From Camelus ferus (taxonomy: Eukaryota), in the NCBI RefSeq assembly GCF_009834535.1, contig NC_045697.1, positions 77,068,001-77,132,000 on the forward strand: a stretch of 64,000 nt of DNA, read 5' to 3'. This document shows, piece after piece, positions 26,185-38,935 of the stretch. Every line of letters starts with the position of its first letter. The first letter of the stretch is position 1. The notes beneath the pieces were generated by a model. The model searched no databases. It was not told the DNA's origin and saw nothing but the letters and a program-made list of their open reading frames with translations. Made by a program: the position numbers and the translations under genes.

Positions 26185-26335
26185 TGGTTGTTTTTCTTTT
26201 ACTTTGGGTTTGGGTGGGGAAGGTAATTAGGTTTATTTTTCATTTATCTATTTAATAGAGGTGCTGGGGATTGAACCCAGGACCTGGTACATGCTAAGCA
26301 TGTGCTCAGCCATTGAGCTATACCCTCCCCCCAGC
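26185..26335 (-). mobile_element. Camelid tRNA-derived SINE (vic-1 type)
   Basis: Reverse complement GGGGAGGGTATAGCTCAATGG...GGGTTCAATCCCCAGCACCTC...CCTAATTACC. TSD TCAAAGAAGA at 26170-26179 and 26336-26345. Confidence 0.88.
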
Positions 26336-28949
26336 TCAAAGAAGAGTTTTGTTGTTTTTTTTTTTTAATATCACCATGTTTCCCATTTATACTTCCCATT
26401 GTTGGCAGCATCTACCCTGAGTTATTTATAAATTGCTGTCAAATTCTCAAAACTTCCCTGCCTCAGCGTCCTGAGCTTGATTCCTTCTCCTCGGCCTCTC
26501 ACTGTGGATGGAGAAACAGATGATCACGAAGCTTTAAGAGGCCCTCGGTAGGTTTGTGCGGTTGGAGAGAGCTTGCAGGGAGAAAGTAAGAGTTGGAGAG
26601 TAGAGAAATAGGAACTATTCCTGGCACAGTGGCTTTGCACGGGACTCATTCCATCCGTGTGATACCTCAGTGCAAGCCTGTATGAAGAGAGGGCTGGCAG
26701 TGGGCCACACTCAGGGCTGCTCACTGGGAAAGAGTGATGGTTTTTATGGACTGGCAGCAAGACTTTGTCCTGCTTTTCAAAATGCTGTCAAAAGACTTTT
26801 TACCAGGGAATGCATCCTTGGGCCACTAAAGGGGACGAGCAGATTCACACATCTGCCTCCAGGTGAGAAGCATAGAAAAAAGGTTTCCTCTCCTCTGCCT
26901 CTAGAACACCTGGGTTCTAGTTTGGATCTTACTAACAACTAGTTGTGCGGCCCAGGGTTAAATAATTTAGCATCTATGAGTTCCAGCTATGTTGTGTGAA
27001 TAAACAGACGATCTGAGTAAATAATCTCCCTGGCCCTGAAATTCGCTGGCCCTTTACTCTGTTGGTGTATCTGGTAGCTTAGAGAGAGAAAAGTCTGGTG
27101 CAGCGTTCTTCTAAAGCTTCTATTGTCTAGTCCTGTCTATAATCGGGCCAAGTCCTGTGGTTTGTGGGATTAACACGAGGCACAAAATAACTCCGTGTCA
27201 TCAGAAACCAAGAGTTTGGAAAAGACATTTCCCCTAACGAAATTACATATCACTGCTCAAAAATAATAAATGCTATAGAAAGAAAATATCAGCGCCACCA
27301 CAAATCAGCATCTGAGGAACAGCTCCAGAAAACATCTGGAAAATAGCGCTGCGTTAACAAACCACCAGATAAAACGTTTGATTTCCCAGTCACCGACGTT
27401 CCTAACTGCAAAAGCAGTTAAAAGGTCTTATGAGGAATAACATCTTGGCACTGGACGAACAACAAGAACCCCAGCTGTTTGCACTTGCTGTGAAACGAGT
27501 GCCAATGTACATACTGTAATCCGCACGGTCTGCAGAGGATGGGAGAGCCAGCCACTCAGCGCGATGGAAAGTCCTGACCGGGCAAGAGTGAGCAGGCCAC
27601 GGGGACCAAGTAACAGGCCAAGGCCTCTTTTCACTACAACAGCCCATTTCCAGGGCAACTTCCTTATGAAATGTTCATTCACGTGCTTTTGCTAGAAATG
27701 TATAGCATGGCCTGGAAAGAACTTCTCTTTTCAAGCAAGAGTTCCCTCTAAACCATAACAGATGTTGGAAACGCAATGAGACTGGTCAAAAAGAAAAAGA
27801 GGAGGGGACATCCGCAAGGACTATACAGTGACAGACAGAAAGGGGAGGGGCCTTGAGGTGATGGACATGAAGAGAGAGAGAAGCAGGCAAAAGCAAGATA
27901 ATATGAATACTTCAGACCCCTCCCCTCCAAGGACCAGAGGATCATATCCATCCTGCCACTGAGATTTTGAAGGAGACTAAAGTAAAATCGCAAGACAAAG
28001 GGAAAAGGAGGGAGCGTTCAGACAGTGGGACAATGTTTATTTGCAATGCTTCTTAGGAACTCATTGAAATCAATAATTCTTCGGAATTGAGCAGTTAAAG
28101 TAAGTCCGATCCAGTCATTTGCTATCAGTCATTGAATGATTAACTGTTAAGCTCATCAGTATGTATGAGAAAAGCTTCAAGGTGTGGATGAGGGGAAAGC
28201 AGTAAACAAAACAGACATAGTCTATTTGGAAGACGCATTATTCCGGTCACCTCATGAATAAATGATCAGTCACCACCTACGTACGATAAGTGTTACAAAA
28301 ACCAAAAATATATGTAGGAAAGGGGTATCTTTATTTATATGCTATAAAAGATAGATAACAAACAAGCAACCACCAAAATAAATATAAAATTGCAACTCTT
28401 AGGCATGCATCAAAGGAAGGTATATGGTTCTATAAGAGGATAAATGGAAGATATGACTTGACAGAGATGAGAGATAGCTTCCCTGAGGAAGGGATATTTG
28501 AACTTCAGTGTGAAGGATGAGTGGAGTTTAATTAGGTGAGGCTGGGACAGCGTTGGGGAAGAGTTCCCTTGGAAAAGATCAGAAGAAATGGATTGATCAA
28601 AGAGCAGCAAAGCCCATGTTCAGGGACAGAGGGTGCTCATGGAGCATGCTGCAAACAAACTGGAGAGAATGGCAGAACAAAATCTGCAGGACTCTATAGG
28701 TCATACTTGTCTCTATTCTCAAAGCAGTGAAGGGTTTTGGTGGGAGTATATCACATTTGGGGTTGAGAAGATCACTCTGGCCACAGGGTGTACAGGGGAT
28801 TACAGGAACGAGAATGGATACAGACAGACTTGTGATAGAAGGTAGCTTGCTCTAGGGTAGTGGTAATGCTGCAGGAGGTGGAGTCTCGAGGCCAGTATAA
28901 GGTAAGCATGTCAGGTCTATGATCGGGCGGAGTGAGTTGCTAACAGTCC

Positions 28950-29589
28950 CAAGAAGCCACAGGTCATTCAAACAAGAGTTTGCTTTGAATGCAGAATGCA
29001 GACAGAAGGCAATGGTGTTCTAAAAAACAACAACCAAAGCACCTTACCACGTCTTCTCTTACTTACCTGTCTTCCTGATATTAGCCAAGCACTTCCACTG
29101 AAAATGGTGAAGGAGAGGGAAGTACAGAGGAAGCCCTAGCTCCTTTTCCTTTTAGTCCTTCCTTATTCATCAGGAAGCTAAAGTGTTGATAGAGCATATT
29201 GGTAGGATGTAAATGTATAAATAAGTGAAAAACAAAGTTGAGTTATTCTTATGCAGCGTTTTCACTCTTCTATTAAGAACAAAATGCATGTGTTAAGAAT
29301 TGTGTAATTTTGAGGATTCCACAAGTTTAATGCTCTTATACTTTCATTTACACTGGTATTGTACAATGTAAAGAGGAATGGTAAAATTCACGCTCATAAC
29401 TAACTTTAAAATTGTTTCTTTAGAATGACAATAAAAAATAAAAGACACCATAACATGTTGAACGAGACCGTGGAAGAAAAGGAAAACATATTTTAATGCC
29501 TTTAATAGCACTTTTTCCCTACTCTTTTGAACAAGGCATCCTGCATTTTCATTCCACCCCAGGGCCCCCAAATTATGTAGCAGACCTTG
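28950..29589 (+). mobile_element. MER45-like hAT-Tip100 DNA transposon (left boundary approximate)
   Basis: 3' end ttttgaacaaggcatcctgcattttcattccaccccagggcccccaaattatgtagcagaccttg resembles the MER45 terminus. Confidence 0.65.
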
Positions 29590-29809
29590 CATGATACACT
29601 CCTGACTTGCTTGTAATTGGCTATTTACTTGCTTCATTCCTACTAGATTGCCCCACTGCTGAACACATGGTAGTCAGGAAGGAAACGTCAAATAGAAACA
29701 AATCTGGGCATAAGTTGGGAGAGACTTTAAAAGGATTATTGCAACAGGAGGAGAAGGGCTATTGCAATAGAGAGAGTGCTCTGACTCTAAGATCTGCCAG
29801 GGTCTCAAT

Positions 29810-30149
29810 GGTCTTTATCAGAAGAGGAGATTTGTGCTGTATACTAGAAATTGATGCAACATTGTAAACTGACTATACTTCAATTAAACATTTTTTGATT
29901 CAAAAATAAAATAAAATAAAACAAAATTTAAAAAAGAGGAGATTTGGACACAGACCTGTACACGCACAGCAGAAGGACCCTGTGAGGACAGTGAGAGAAT
30001 GCGCGGTCTCCCGAGAGAGGTCTCGGGAGAAAGGGAACTTGCCAGCATCTTGATCTTGGACTTCTCGCCTCTAGAACCGTGGGAGATTTCTGTTGTTTGA
30101 GCCACCAGAACTGTGGCATTTTGTCATAGCAGCCCTAGCAAATCAACAC
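29810..30149 (+). mobile_element. MLT1-type MaLR LTR fragment with a nested young L1 tip (29835-29933)
   Basis: MLT1 motifs gccagcatcttgatcttggacttc...ttgtcatagcagccctagcaaa. The L1 tip is flanked by a perfect 13-bp TSD AAGAGGAGATTTG (29822-29834, 29934-29946). Confidence 0.85.
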
Positions 30150-30877
30150 AATCTTCTTACCTTTGAGATATTCTGTTATATCCCTTCTTAGGTATACATA
30201 TTACAAATATTAGCTGCTTGATTGAATTGCCTCTCTGTTTCTTAATGGTCTCTATCAAAGAACAGAAGCCTTTAACTTTGGTGAAGTCAGACCTTTCATT
30301 CTTTCCTGTCACGGTTTGTGCTGTGTGCAGCCCTCCCAGCTCCTGCCTCTGCCTCATTCTCTCAGCCAAGGTCCAGCCAGGAGATAAAAACCGTATCAGT
30401 TATTTAAATAGAAGCGTTGAACATAAACAATTGTGAAGTAGTAAAATGTGGTGAGCTACAAAAAGATAAAAGAGGATTCTAAGAGGTACAGAAATAGTAA
30501 CTGCAGATAGCAGCGACCACCTTTAAAGTCAATGGAATGAGAACAGGGAAGGAAACTTCAAAATAGAGAAGCCTCCAGCCCCAAGGCTAACCTCCAAGGA
30601 CGGGTATGGCTGCCGCAGGAGCCTTCAGCCTGCTTGTGGCAGTGGAACTGCCGGAGGACAGAGCTACCTACAGCAGCCCCACCACTAGGTGACAGAGAAA
30701 CTCCAGGGCCCAGACCTCAGCTGGTCGACAGGACTCGCTGGCCACAGCTCAGGTCTCAAGACATGGATTTGTCAGTTAACACACTCCTAGCAAGGGAGTG
30801 AGGAAAGAGAAGGAAAGGGAATTCAGGACAAGACTGAGAAGGAGCCAGACAGGTAAGAGGAAAAGGTAGTAGGAGGG

Positions 30878-31260
30878 TATTATGCTGAATGATATGTCAG
30901 ACAGAGAAGCACATACTGTGTGATATCACTTCTATGTGGGATCTAAAAAATACAACGAACTAGTGAATATAACAAAAAAGAAACAGACTCACAAGAACAG
31001 AGAACAAACTAGTGTTACCAGTGGGGAGAAGGAAGGGCAGGGACAAGAGGGAGTAAGGGATGAAGAGGTACAAACTACTATGTATAAAAATAAATAAGCA
31101 ACAAGGGTATATAGTACAACACAGGGAATGTAGCCAATATTTGATAGTAACTCTAAAGGGAGTATAACCTTTAAAAATTGTGAATCACTGTGTTGTACAC
31201 CTGTAACTTATATAACGCTGTACATCAATTTTTAAAAAGTACAATTTAAAAAAAAAAAAG
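30878..31260 (+). mobile_element. L1 3' end (L1MA9/artiodactyl-type) with poly(A)
   Basis: tattatgctgaatga...agaaacagactcaca...gtacaacacagggaat...gaatcactgtgttgtacacctg and an A tail. Confidence 0.85.
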
Positions 31261-32701
31261 AAAGCGGTTAGAAGGAAAACAGAAGAGTGGAAAGTAATGA
31301 AACCAGAGAGTTAACGTCTAACGCCGCTGAGACAACTGTCTCAGTACTAGCCTTTTTTATTTGCAAGTTTTCTATGAGATTTTTTTCTTCTAACCCATCT
31401 TCGTCTAACCCTATTTAACCTTTATACATTTCGACATCAAGTTAGATATCTCCTTTTCTTGGATGCCTTCTTAAATCCTCCCCCCAAACACATGGTTAGG
31501 TCCTCCTCTGGCCGCCAAATGCATTTGCACTTATCCTTGAGATAAAACTTAAGCTCCTTAAGCTATAAGATTATGTTTTATTCTGCACTGTATCTCCAGA
31601 TCATAACACACTTCTCAGCATGTTGTTAGTATTTCAGCCTTTGATAAAGTTTTTTTTTTTAATCTGAATAAATTGCTCTTTTCTCTGTCCCAAATCCGTT
31701 TAGTTATACTTCTGTCATGGGACTTATTACCTATTATTATTTTCATGTGTTATTTTGTCTCCCCAAGAAACGATTAATTCCTACTAATCTTTTCATTCCT
31801 ATGATTGACAAGCACTATGCATTGCACAGAGTGTGCATTTTCTGAATATCTCCTGTATGAAATGTCACCAAACTCAAAAGGTGATTAAAATGTAGTAAGA
31901 CTGGTTTGGGGATTGGCTTTTGAACTGGGTCTGAAGACATGTCCTTTTATAACTTTATCAGGAGGTATGCAAGAACCTCAGGGGTATTGGTTTAAACTCA
32001 TTTGACTACAAGAAACAAATTAGCTTAAACAGAAAGGAGGGGAGTTTCTTCCTATCAGGAGAAGCACCGCTGTTGAAACCCTGGAAGAAGCTGGACTCAG
32101 GCCCTTCACTGCTGGCAGGAGGCTTCTCCATCCCTCCTCTCTGCTTGTTCCCTGCTTCCATCCTCCTGCTCACAGGGTCTTTTCATTCATTCCTTCATGC
32201 TTTTCCTCCTCTCTCTTCTTCTTTGATACCAAAGATGCAATTGTAAGGCAAAGGAGGGACATGCTGTTAATAAGCATTCCCTAAGGCTGGCCTCCTTTAG
32301 CTCCCGAATTACAGCTCCTCCATTCAAGAGGGATTCCAAACTAAGATTGGATTATTTTATCCAGTCCCACACTGAGAGTGAAGGGACTCTGATTTACCCA
32401 GTTTGTGCCAAGCACATACTCCTAGTCCACTCAATTGTAGGGTCCTGCAGCAAAAGCGTGGCTAAGAGTTATCCCTGTATCTATGGGGATGGATGAGCAG
32501 GGAATAGAGGTTAGGAAGGAAAGGAAACTAAAGAACTAAACAGAAGGAACCTAATACATCATCCACCACACAAGTCACTCAGGTCAGTGTTTAAGCGGAG
32601 GAAACCACACTATGAGGGGAAGGGAAGATCCTATACAACTATAGGTTTGGCCCTAGGTTTAATGTCCAGAAATTCAGTGTAGGTAGGATAGGGTCAGGTT
32701 T

Positions 32702-33182
32702 TGGGGTGGGGGTTGTTTGGTTTTGGTTTTGGTTTTGGTTTTGGTTTTTGAAGTGTATTTGATTTATAATATTGTGTTAGTTTCTGGTGTACAGCATAGT
32801 GATTCATTTATATATATGTATATTCTTTTTCATAATAGGTTATTACAAGATATTGAATACAGTTAGTTCCCTGTGCTAAACAGTAGGACTTTGTTGTTTA
32901 TCTATTTTATATATAGTAGTTTGTATCTGCTAATCCCAAACTTCTAATTCGTCCCTCCCCTCTACTTTCCCGTTTGGTAACTATAAGTGTTTTCTGTCTG
33001 TGAGTCTGTTTCTGTTTTGTAAATAAGTTCATTTGTGTCATATTTTTAGATTCCACATACATGATATGATATTTGTCTTTCTCTTTCTGACTTACTTTAG
33101 TTGGTATGATAATTTCTAGGTCCATCCATGTTGTTGCAAATGGCATTATTTCACTCTTTTTTATGATTGTATTCCATTGTAT

Positions 33183-33237
<55 letters not shown>

Positions 33238-33630
33238 CACATTTTTTAATCCAATCACTTGTTGATGAACATTTAGGTTGCTTCCATGTCTTGGCTATTA
33301 TAAACAGTGCTGCTATGAACATTGGGGTGCATGTATCTTTACGAGGTAGAGTTTTCTCCAGATATATGCCCAGGAGTTGGATTGTTGGATCATATGGAAA
33401 GTCTATTTTTAGTTGTTTAAGGAATCTGCATATGTTCTCCATAATGGCTGCACCATTTTACATTCCCACTAACAGTGTAGGAGGGTTCCCTTTTCTCCAG
33501 ACCCTCTCCAGCATTTATTGTTTGTGGATTTTTTGATGCTGGCCATTCTGACTGGTGTGAGGTGATATCTCATTGCAATTTCGATTTGCCTTCCTCTGAG
33601 AATTAGTGATATTGAGCATCTTTTCAGGTG
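32702..33630 (-). mobile_element. 5'-truncated young L1 with (TTTTGG)n tail and internal (TA)n at ~33180-33233
   Basis: ORF2 C-terminal remnant ([21 protein letters not shown]...[23 protein letters not shown]). 17-bp TSD AGG(A/G)TAGGGTCAGGTTT at 32685-32701 and 33631-33647. Confidence 0.93.
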
Positions 33631-34130
33631 AGGGTAGGGTCAGGTTTCATGTGACATGGACACGGAGGGCCTAGACCTCATCCACAGTCACATCAGATAC
33701 GACCACTTATGGGGCAGCTCCCTTCTTGCTCAGTAGTGGCTGACCAGTTGGTGAAGGTTGGCCAACAGGTGAAGGCACTGGGGCTAGGGACAAATGGAGG
33801 CTTATAATTTCTAGTGTGCTCTGCATATAGCAGTATATCATTACCCAAATTAACTGCTTTGAAAGGCAGCATTTATTTATGTAGCTAAATATGTTCTGAT
33901 AAGTATGAAAAAGTTATTTTCATTATTTTTAATCACATCTCATATCACTTGTCATATATTTATCATACATTGAGCAAGCTGTATATTTAATGTCTCACTT
34001 GTTTCACTAATGGAAAGATGACAAAGGAAATTAACTCCCCCCAAAACCCACTGAATTTTATAGATTTTATCATCTATTCTGCTGCCTAATGTCAACTGTT
34101 AACCACTTTCCTACAATCATATGGATTTTT

Positions 34131-34175
34131 TAAAATTGAAGCACAATTGATTTACAATGTTGTGTTAGTTTCTTT
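34131..34175 (-). mobile_element. Extremely truncated (~45 bp) L1 tip
   Basis: aattgaagcacaattgatttacaatgttgtgttagtttct is the L1 3' terminus in antisense. TSD TATGGATTTTT at 34120-34130 and 34176-34186. Confidence 0.75.
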
Positions 34176-36882
34176 TATGGATTTTTAAAATCTTAACTCA
34201 TAATTCATTGACCAGAAAGGGCACTATAGCCAACTGACTACCGAGTGCAATCCAACCCTGTGCTGAAAGGCAGAGCTGGAACTCCTCCGTGACCAGTACT
34301 ACGCACTGCTTTTCCTCTGCTGCACAGACTCCCCAGTCACATCTCGGCCCTAACACTTTAAGGATACATTACACCTGTCAGGATTATCTGCATTTTAAAA
34401 TGAAAATAAATAAAACAATCAGAAATTTTAGGTGTAGGAGAAGTGAGGTTGTAGAAATAGAGATGGATGTAGATACAGAACTTCCTGTCCTTTCAAATGA
34501 GATCACTGGATAAATCTCTTTAAGTTGGTCCATGGTGCCGAGATTGTTAATAAAGTTTTACACTATGGAATGTGGTGTTGAAGGATTCTAGCAGAATTCG
34601 TTAAAGAATATGATATTACTTTGGTTCCATACCATCCTAGTTTGTAATCCAACACCTAAAAATTGTTCCTCTTCCTACCAAGAAATAAACTATTCTTATC
34701 CATTTATTTTTATATTCCCATGCACTCCTTTCAGATCAATTGCACAAATACAAAACTCATTGATCGCGTTCCTCTCCATGCCCCAATCTTCTCAAATCAG
34801 CGCACATCTATATTTTGTCCACCAGGTGGCGATAGAAGCCCACCAGCAGTTTATACCACGGTGAGAAGAAAATTAGTCGAAGACAGAAGGGGCATTTGCT
34901 TTTTGATGTTTTTAAACCTAATTGTTAAATGCGAGAGGACTGTTGCATTTTAAAGCCTCAGATACTTGGCTTTTTTTAAAGCCCAATTTTTAAAAATCTT
35001 TTATAAAGGTATGTTAATGACAGAATGTTTTTAGTAATCTGTTACACTTTCCTGTGATTTTTTAAATGAACCACTGCCAGGATAAAGTTTGCTAAGATAT
35101 ATTTTTTAAGTTTTCAGTAATCTGATCATTGAAGTTTCTTCACTAGGGGAGGACTAGAAAGTAGATTTCCTCTAGATGCTTGAAATCCCTTATATTTCTT
35201 CTCACCCAACTAAGGAACGTGAGAGAAAATTCTCTTAATGGTCATCAGCAGCTGCTGGAAACTGGATCAGCCACCTTTGCCCCTGGGTCCCGGCATATTT
35301 CAGGAACCATCCCTTCCTCCTCTATGACTTCCCCCATTTCTCGTCCCACTCACTGAATTATTGGAGTAATGGTGATGTTGGGGGAGTTTCTTCATCATTT
35401 TGAGTTTCAGATTTCTCATCCATAGAATTATTTTTTTAATGTCTACTATTTTGTGAAAGTAATATGTTTAACAAACCTAATACAATGTCTTGGTAGGTGC
35501 TCAAAATATTATTATTTTTACCTCCAAGTTCTACCTTATTTTGAAAGTGAGCATGTGACATTAATTATGGTGATTTGTATACAGTTCTTATCATCTGTGC
35601 CTCATGATCTTGTGACAAAATTATGACTGTGCCTATGGTTTACATGTGTGCAGGTTAATTATCCAAATGTCCATATTCTGTGTCTACAAAGAACTTGTGT
35701 CTTTGCAGCCATTGTAATTTTTATTGCTTTAGCCTTGTAGGCTGATTACAACAGAATAAAACACACACATGCACACAGAAGAAATGTTATCTCAGCCCAG
35801 AATGTGTCTCAAAGCACATATTTTCCAAACTTCAGTGGATGGAAACTAATGGGGACCAGAGCGGCTTTCCCACTCTCAATTATGGAGGAAGTACATGGAT
35901 TATATGCTTCAGCTGTGCAGCTTATAGCTCTATTGGAGTTTCATGGAAAACAAAGTAAGAACTCTTTTCATCTTGGAAAGTAGAAAGGAAATCCCCACCT
36001 TACTCATATGTCATAAATCTCCCGAATCCAGGAAATAAGAACAGCCAGGCCTAGAGATCCCTTTTGGATTAAGTATGTGCAGTGTGCAAGGGGGCGCCCT
36101 GTGATCTAGTGTCTGTGCGGAGTCTCATTCACAGATAATGGGATGCATTGTGATAAATAACGAAGATCTTTACAACTGTAAGTTTCCTTAGAGATGTAAT
36201 TCAAAGGTCTTTCACTGAAAAAGCGGAAAGGAAAGCCTCCTACAATTCCTCTATGTATCTCCCCTCTCTCCAAAATTCCCTACTCACCACAGCGAAAACC
36301 TCCCGCTCTTTCAATCCCCCAAGCCCCCAGAGTTTTGCTTCTACTTTGTTCACTCCCTTCTTCCCACGTGGTGTAAAAGTGAGGGGCCCTGGAGTCCTGT
36401 GTCCCTGTGCGCCAGCCACACCTAGAGGGCAGTGGGGGGCCTCCCCATTCTTCTTCTCTTCTTGGTCAGGAGCACGTGGCGCCCCCTGGAGTGTGTATTT
36501 CTCTTTTCCTGAATGTTTTTCTCAAGAGTTTTCTCACAGAGAATTTCTGAGGAATAATACCCCTCTTCAACTTTGTTTAAGAGGAGACAATCTCATGGGA
36601 GAAATTCTCGTTTAAAATAACACTCTCCCACACCAGGTTTCCTGTAGCTTAAGCCCTGTAATTCTCTATACGCTTGCTTGCCAGAGTGTGATACGGACTA
36701 GTTTTAGTCTATTCACAGCAACTGTACATAAGAATCTACTTGATTTCTACTTTTCATTCGTGAAGAAAGCTGTTACAAGAAAAAAACCTTTTTGAAAGAG
36801 ATTATGAACCAAGAAAATAAAGATAAGCTACTGCAATACTTGAATATAATATAGAGGAAAGGAAGGAAGCCCCAGGAAGGAC

Positions 36883-37262
36883 CTTATTTAGTTTGCTAGG
36901 GCTGCCCTAACAAAACACCACAGACTGGGTAACTTAAAACAATAGAAATTTATTTTCTCATAGTTCTTGAGGCTAAAAGTCCATGATCAAGGTTTCAGCA
37001 GATTTGGTTTATTCTGAGGCCTCTATCGTTGGCTTCTCACCATCCGCACAGCGTCTTTCCTCTGTGAATGGCGTGTCTGTGTTCTCATCTCTTCTTCTTG
37101 TAAGGACACCAGCCGTATTGGGTTAGGACCCACCTGTATGACCTCATTTTACCTTAATTACCTCTTCAAAGGCCCTGTCTCCAGGTACAGTCACATTCTG
37201 AGTTATTACGGGTTAGGATTTCAACAGATGAATTCTGAGGGGACACAATTCGGCCTATCACA
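36883..37262 (-). mobile_element. MLT1A-like MaLR LTR
   Basis: tagtttgctagggctgccctaacaaaacaccacagactgggt...acctcattttaccttaattacctc...gggacacaattcggcctatcaca. Confidence 0.85.
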
Positions 37263-38117
37263 GGGATTTAAATTTCACTGGAATTAAAGTTGGATATGCC
37301 TTTGAAGACTTTAAGGATATTAATTAAAGTTTTTGTAATACTGAAAATATCAAACTAAATGAAATCCAGTGATAAACAGAATGACAGTTTGTGGAATCTG
37401 GAATTAAGAGAAAGTGTCAAGCACATGTAGTTGAACTTCCCTTCTGATGTGGGAATACCTTTCCAGGATTCCCAGCATCCTGTGCTTGAAAATAATGCAT
37501 GTAACAAAATCCAACTTATTTGTCTTTATTCTGATATCTGAAGCAACAGACCACTCTTCGGAACAAAATTTTCAAATATTTTAGGAAATGTATCATTTTG
37601 CCTAGTTTTGTGTTCTCTAATTCAACCCCCCTCCCCCGCCGCCAATTCCTGGATTTCTTTTTATATGGCAAGCTTTTTAAACAGCTTGCCATCATACCTT
37701 TTTTTTAAAGTATGTCCTTTCTAAATGAGTTGTTACGTTTGATGGTTTTTAATCTGACATTTTTTGAATAGGGAATTTATGTTTCACACAGCCGATTTTT
37801 TTCAGGTAATGGAAATTTATCCTTTCAAGTAGTAAAAAAAAAATTAAGTAAATATTTCTGTAAGAAGCATTTCTTCTTATGGTATTTTAACTTATATAGT
37901 TTCATTAAAAAATAATAATAAATCTGCCTTCTGAAGCAACAATATAGCAACTTTGCCTGCTTCCAGCAGATGGCCCTGGAGATTGTACAAAAATTCGTCT
38001 CGGGTAGAGCCTCCGAGTCCCTTCATGTCACAGCACAACTAGAAAAGAAGAGTAATTTGTGCGGTAAATACACAAGGGTGTTGCAGCCAAAGGAGACTAG
38101 GAGTACCTGAAGGCCCC

Positions 38118-38481
38118 TCAGCGTCTGAATTGTGTCCCTTCTACAGTCATGTTGAAGTCCTAACCGCCCCACCTTGTGACTGTTGGAAATAGAGCCTTTC
38201 AGGAGGTGATTAAGGTTAAATGAGGTCGTAAGGGTGGACCCCTGATCTGATAGCACTGGTGCCCTTCTAAGAAGAGACACCAGAGATATCTCTCCCCTTT
38301 CCATGTGAGGACACAGTGAGAATGGGAGGTCTACGAGCCAGGAAGAGAGCCCTTATCAGAACCCCACCATGCTGGCACCCTGATCTTAGACTTCCAGAAT
38401 CCAAAACTGTGAGAAAATAAACTTCTGCTGTGTAAGTCACCCAGGCTATGGTATTTTGTTATGGGAGCCTGAGCTAATACA
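38118..38481 (+). mobile_element. MLT1A-like MaLR LTR
   Basis: ctgaattgtgtccc...gattaaggttaaatgaggtc...gctggcaccctgatcttagacttcc...ggtattttgttatgggagcctgagctaataca. Confidence 0.85.
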
Positions 38482-38771
38482 CCGTTTTTCTATAATGAAC
38501 AGTAATCAGCAAGAGGAAAAGTAATTGATAAAATGGAAACATTGTTGAATGTGTGGCAAGACGATTGTGTCCCCATCAGGCACCCATTAACCCATTAGGA
38601 AGTGGTTCAGTGTCTTCAAGACTAGGAAAGTACTGCTGGTGTAGAAAGCTGGGGAAATGCTGGAGCCATTTTAATGGGTACCACATCAACCTGAGTGGTG
38701 GGAGGACATGACGAGGGGCATTCCTTTTATCAATGGACTTTCACATGTCAATGAAAAGATGCTGTTTGGAA

Positions 38772-38935
38772 CCTTGCTGCTCAAAGTGTGGTCCACGGAC
38801 CAGAAACATCAGCATCACGTGGGAGCGTGACAGAAATTCAGAACCTCAGGCCTTCCCAAACCTACCTAATCAAAATTTGCATTTTAACAAGATCGTCTAG
38901 TGATTCATATATACATTCAAGTTTCAGAGGCACCA
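38772..38935. mobile_element. MER5A-like hAT DNA transposon
   Basis: gctgctcaaagtgtggtcc...cagcatcacgtgggagc...agaaattcagaacctcaggcc...tttgcattttaacaagatc. Confidence 0.75.

Noticed and set aside
36883..38481. Two MLT1A-like LTRs ~850 bp apart as ends of one provirus
   Set aside because: They are in opposite orientations with no internal retroviral sequence or shared TSD, so they are independent solo LTRs.
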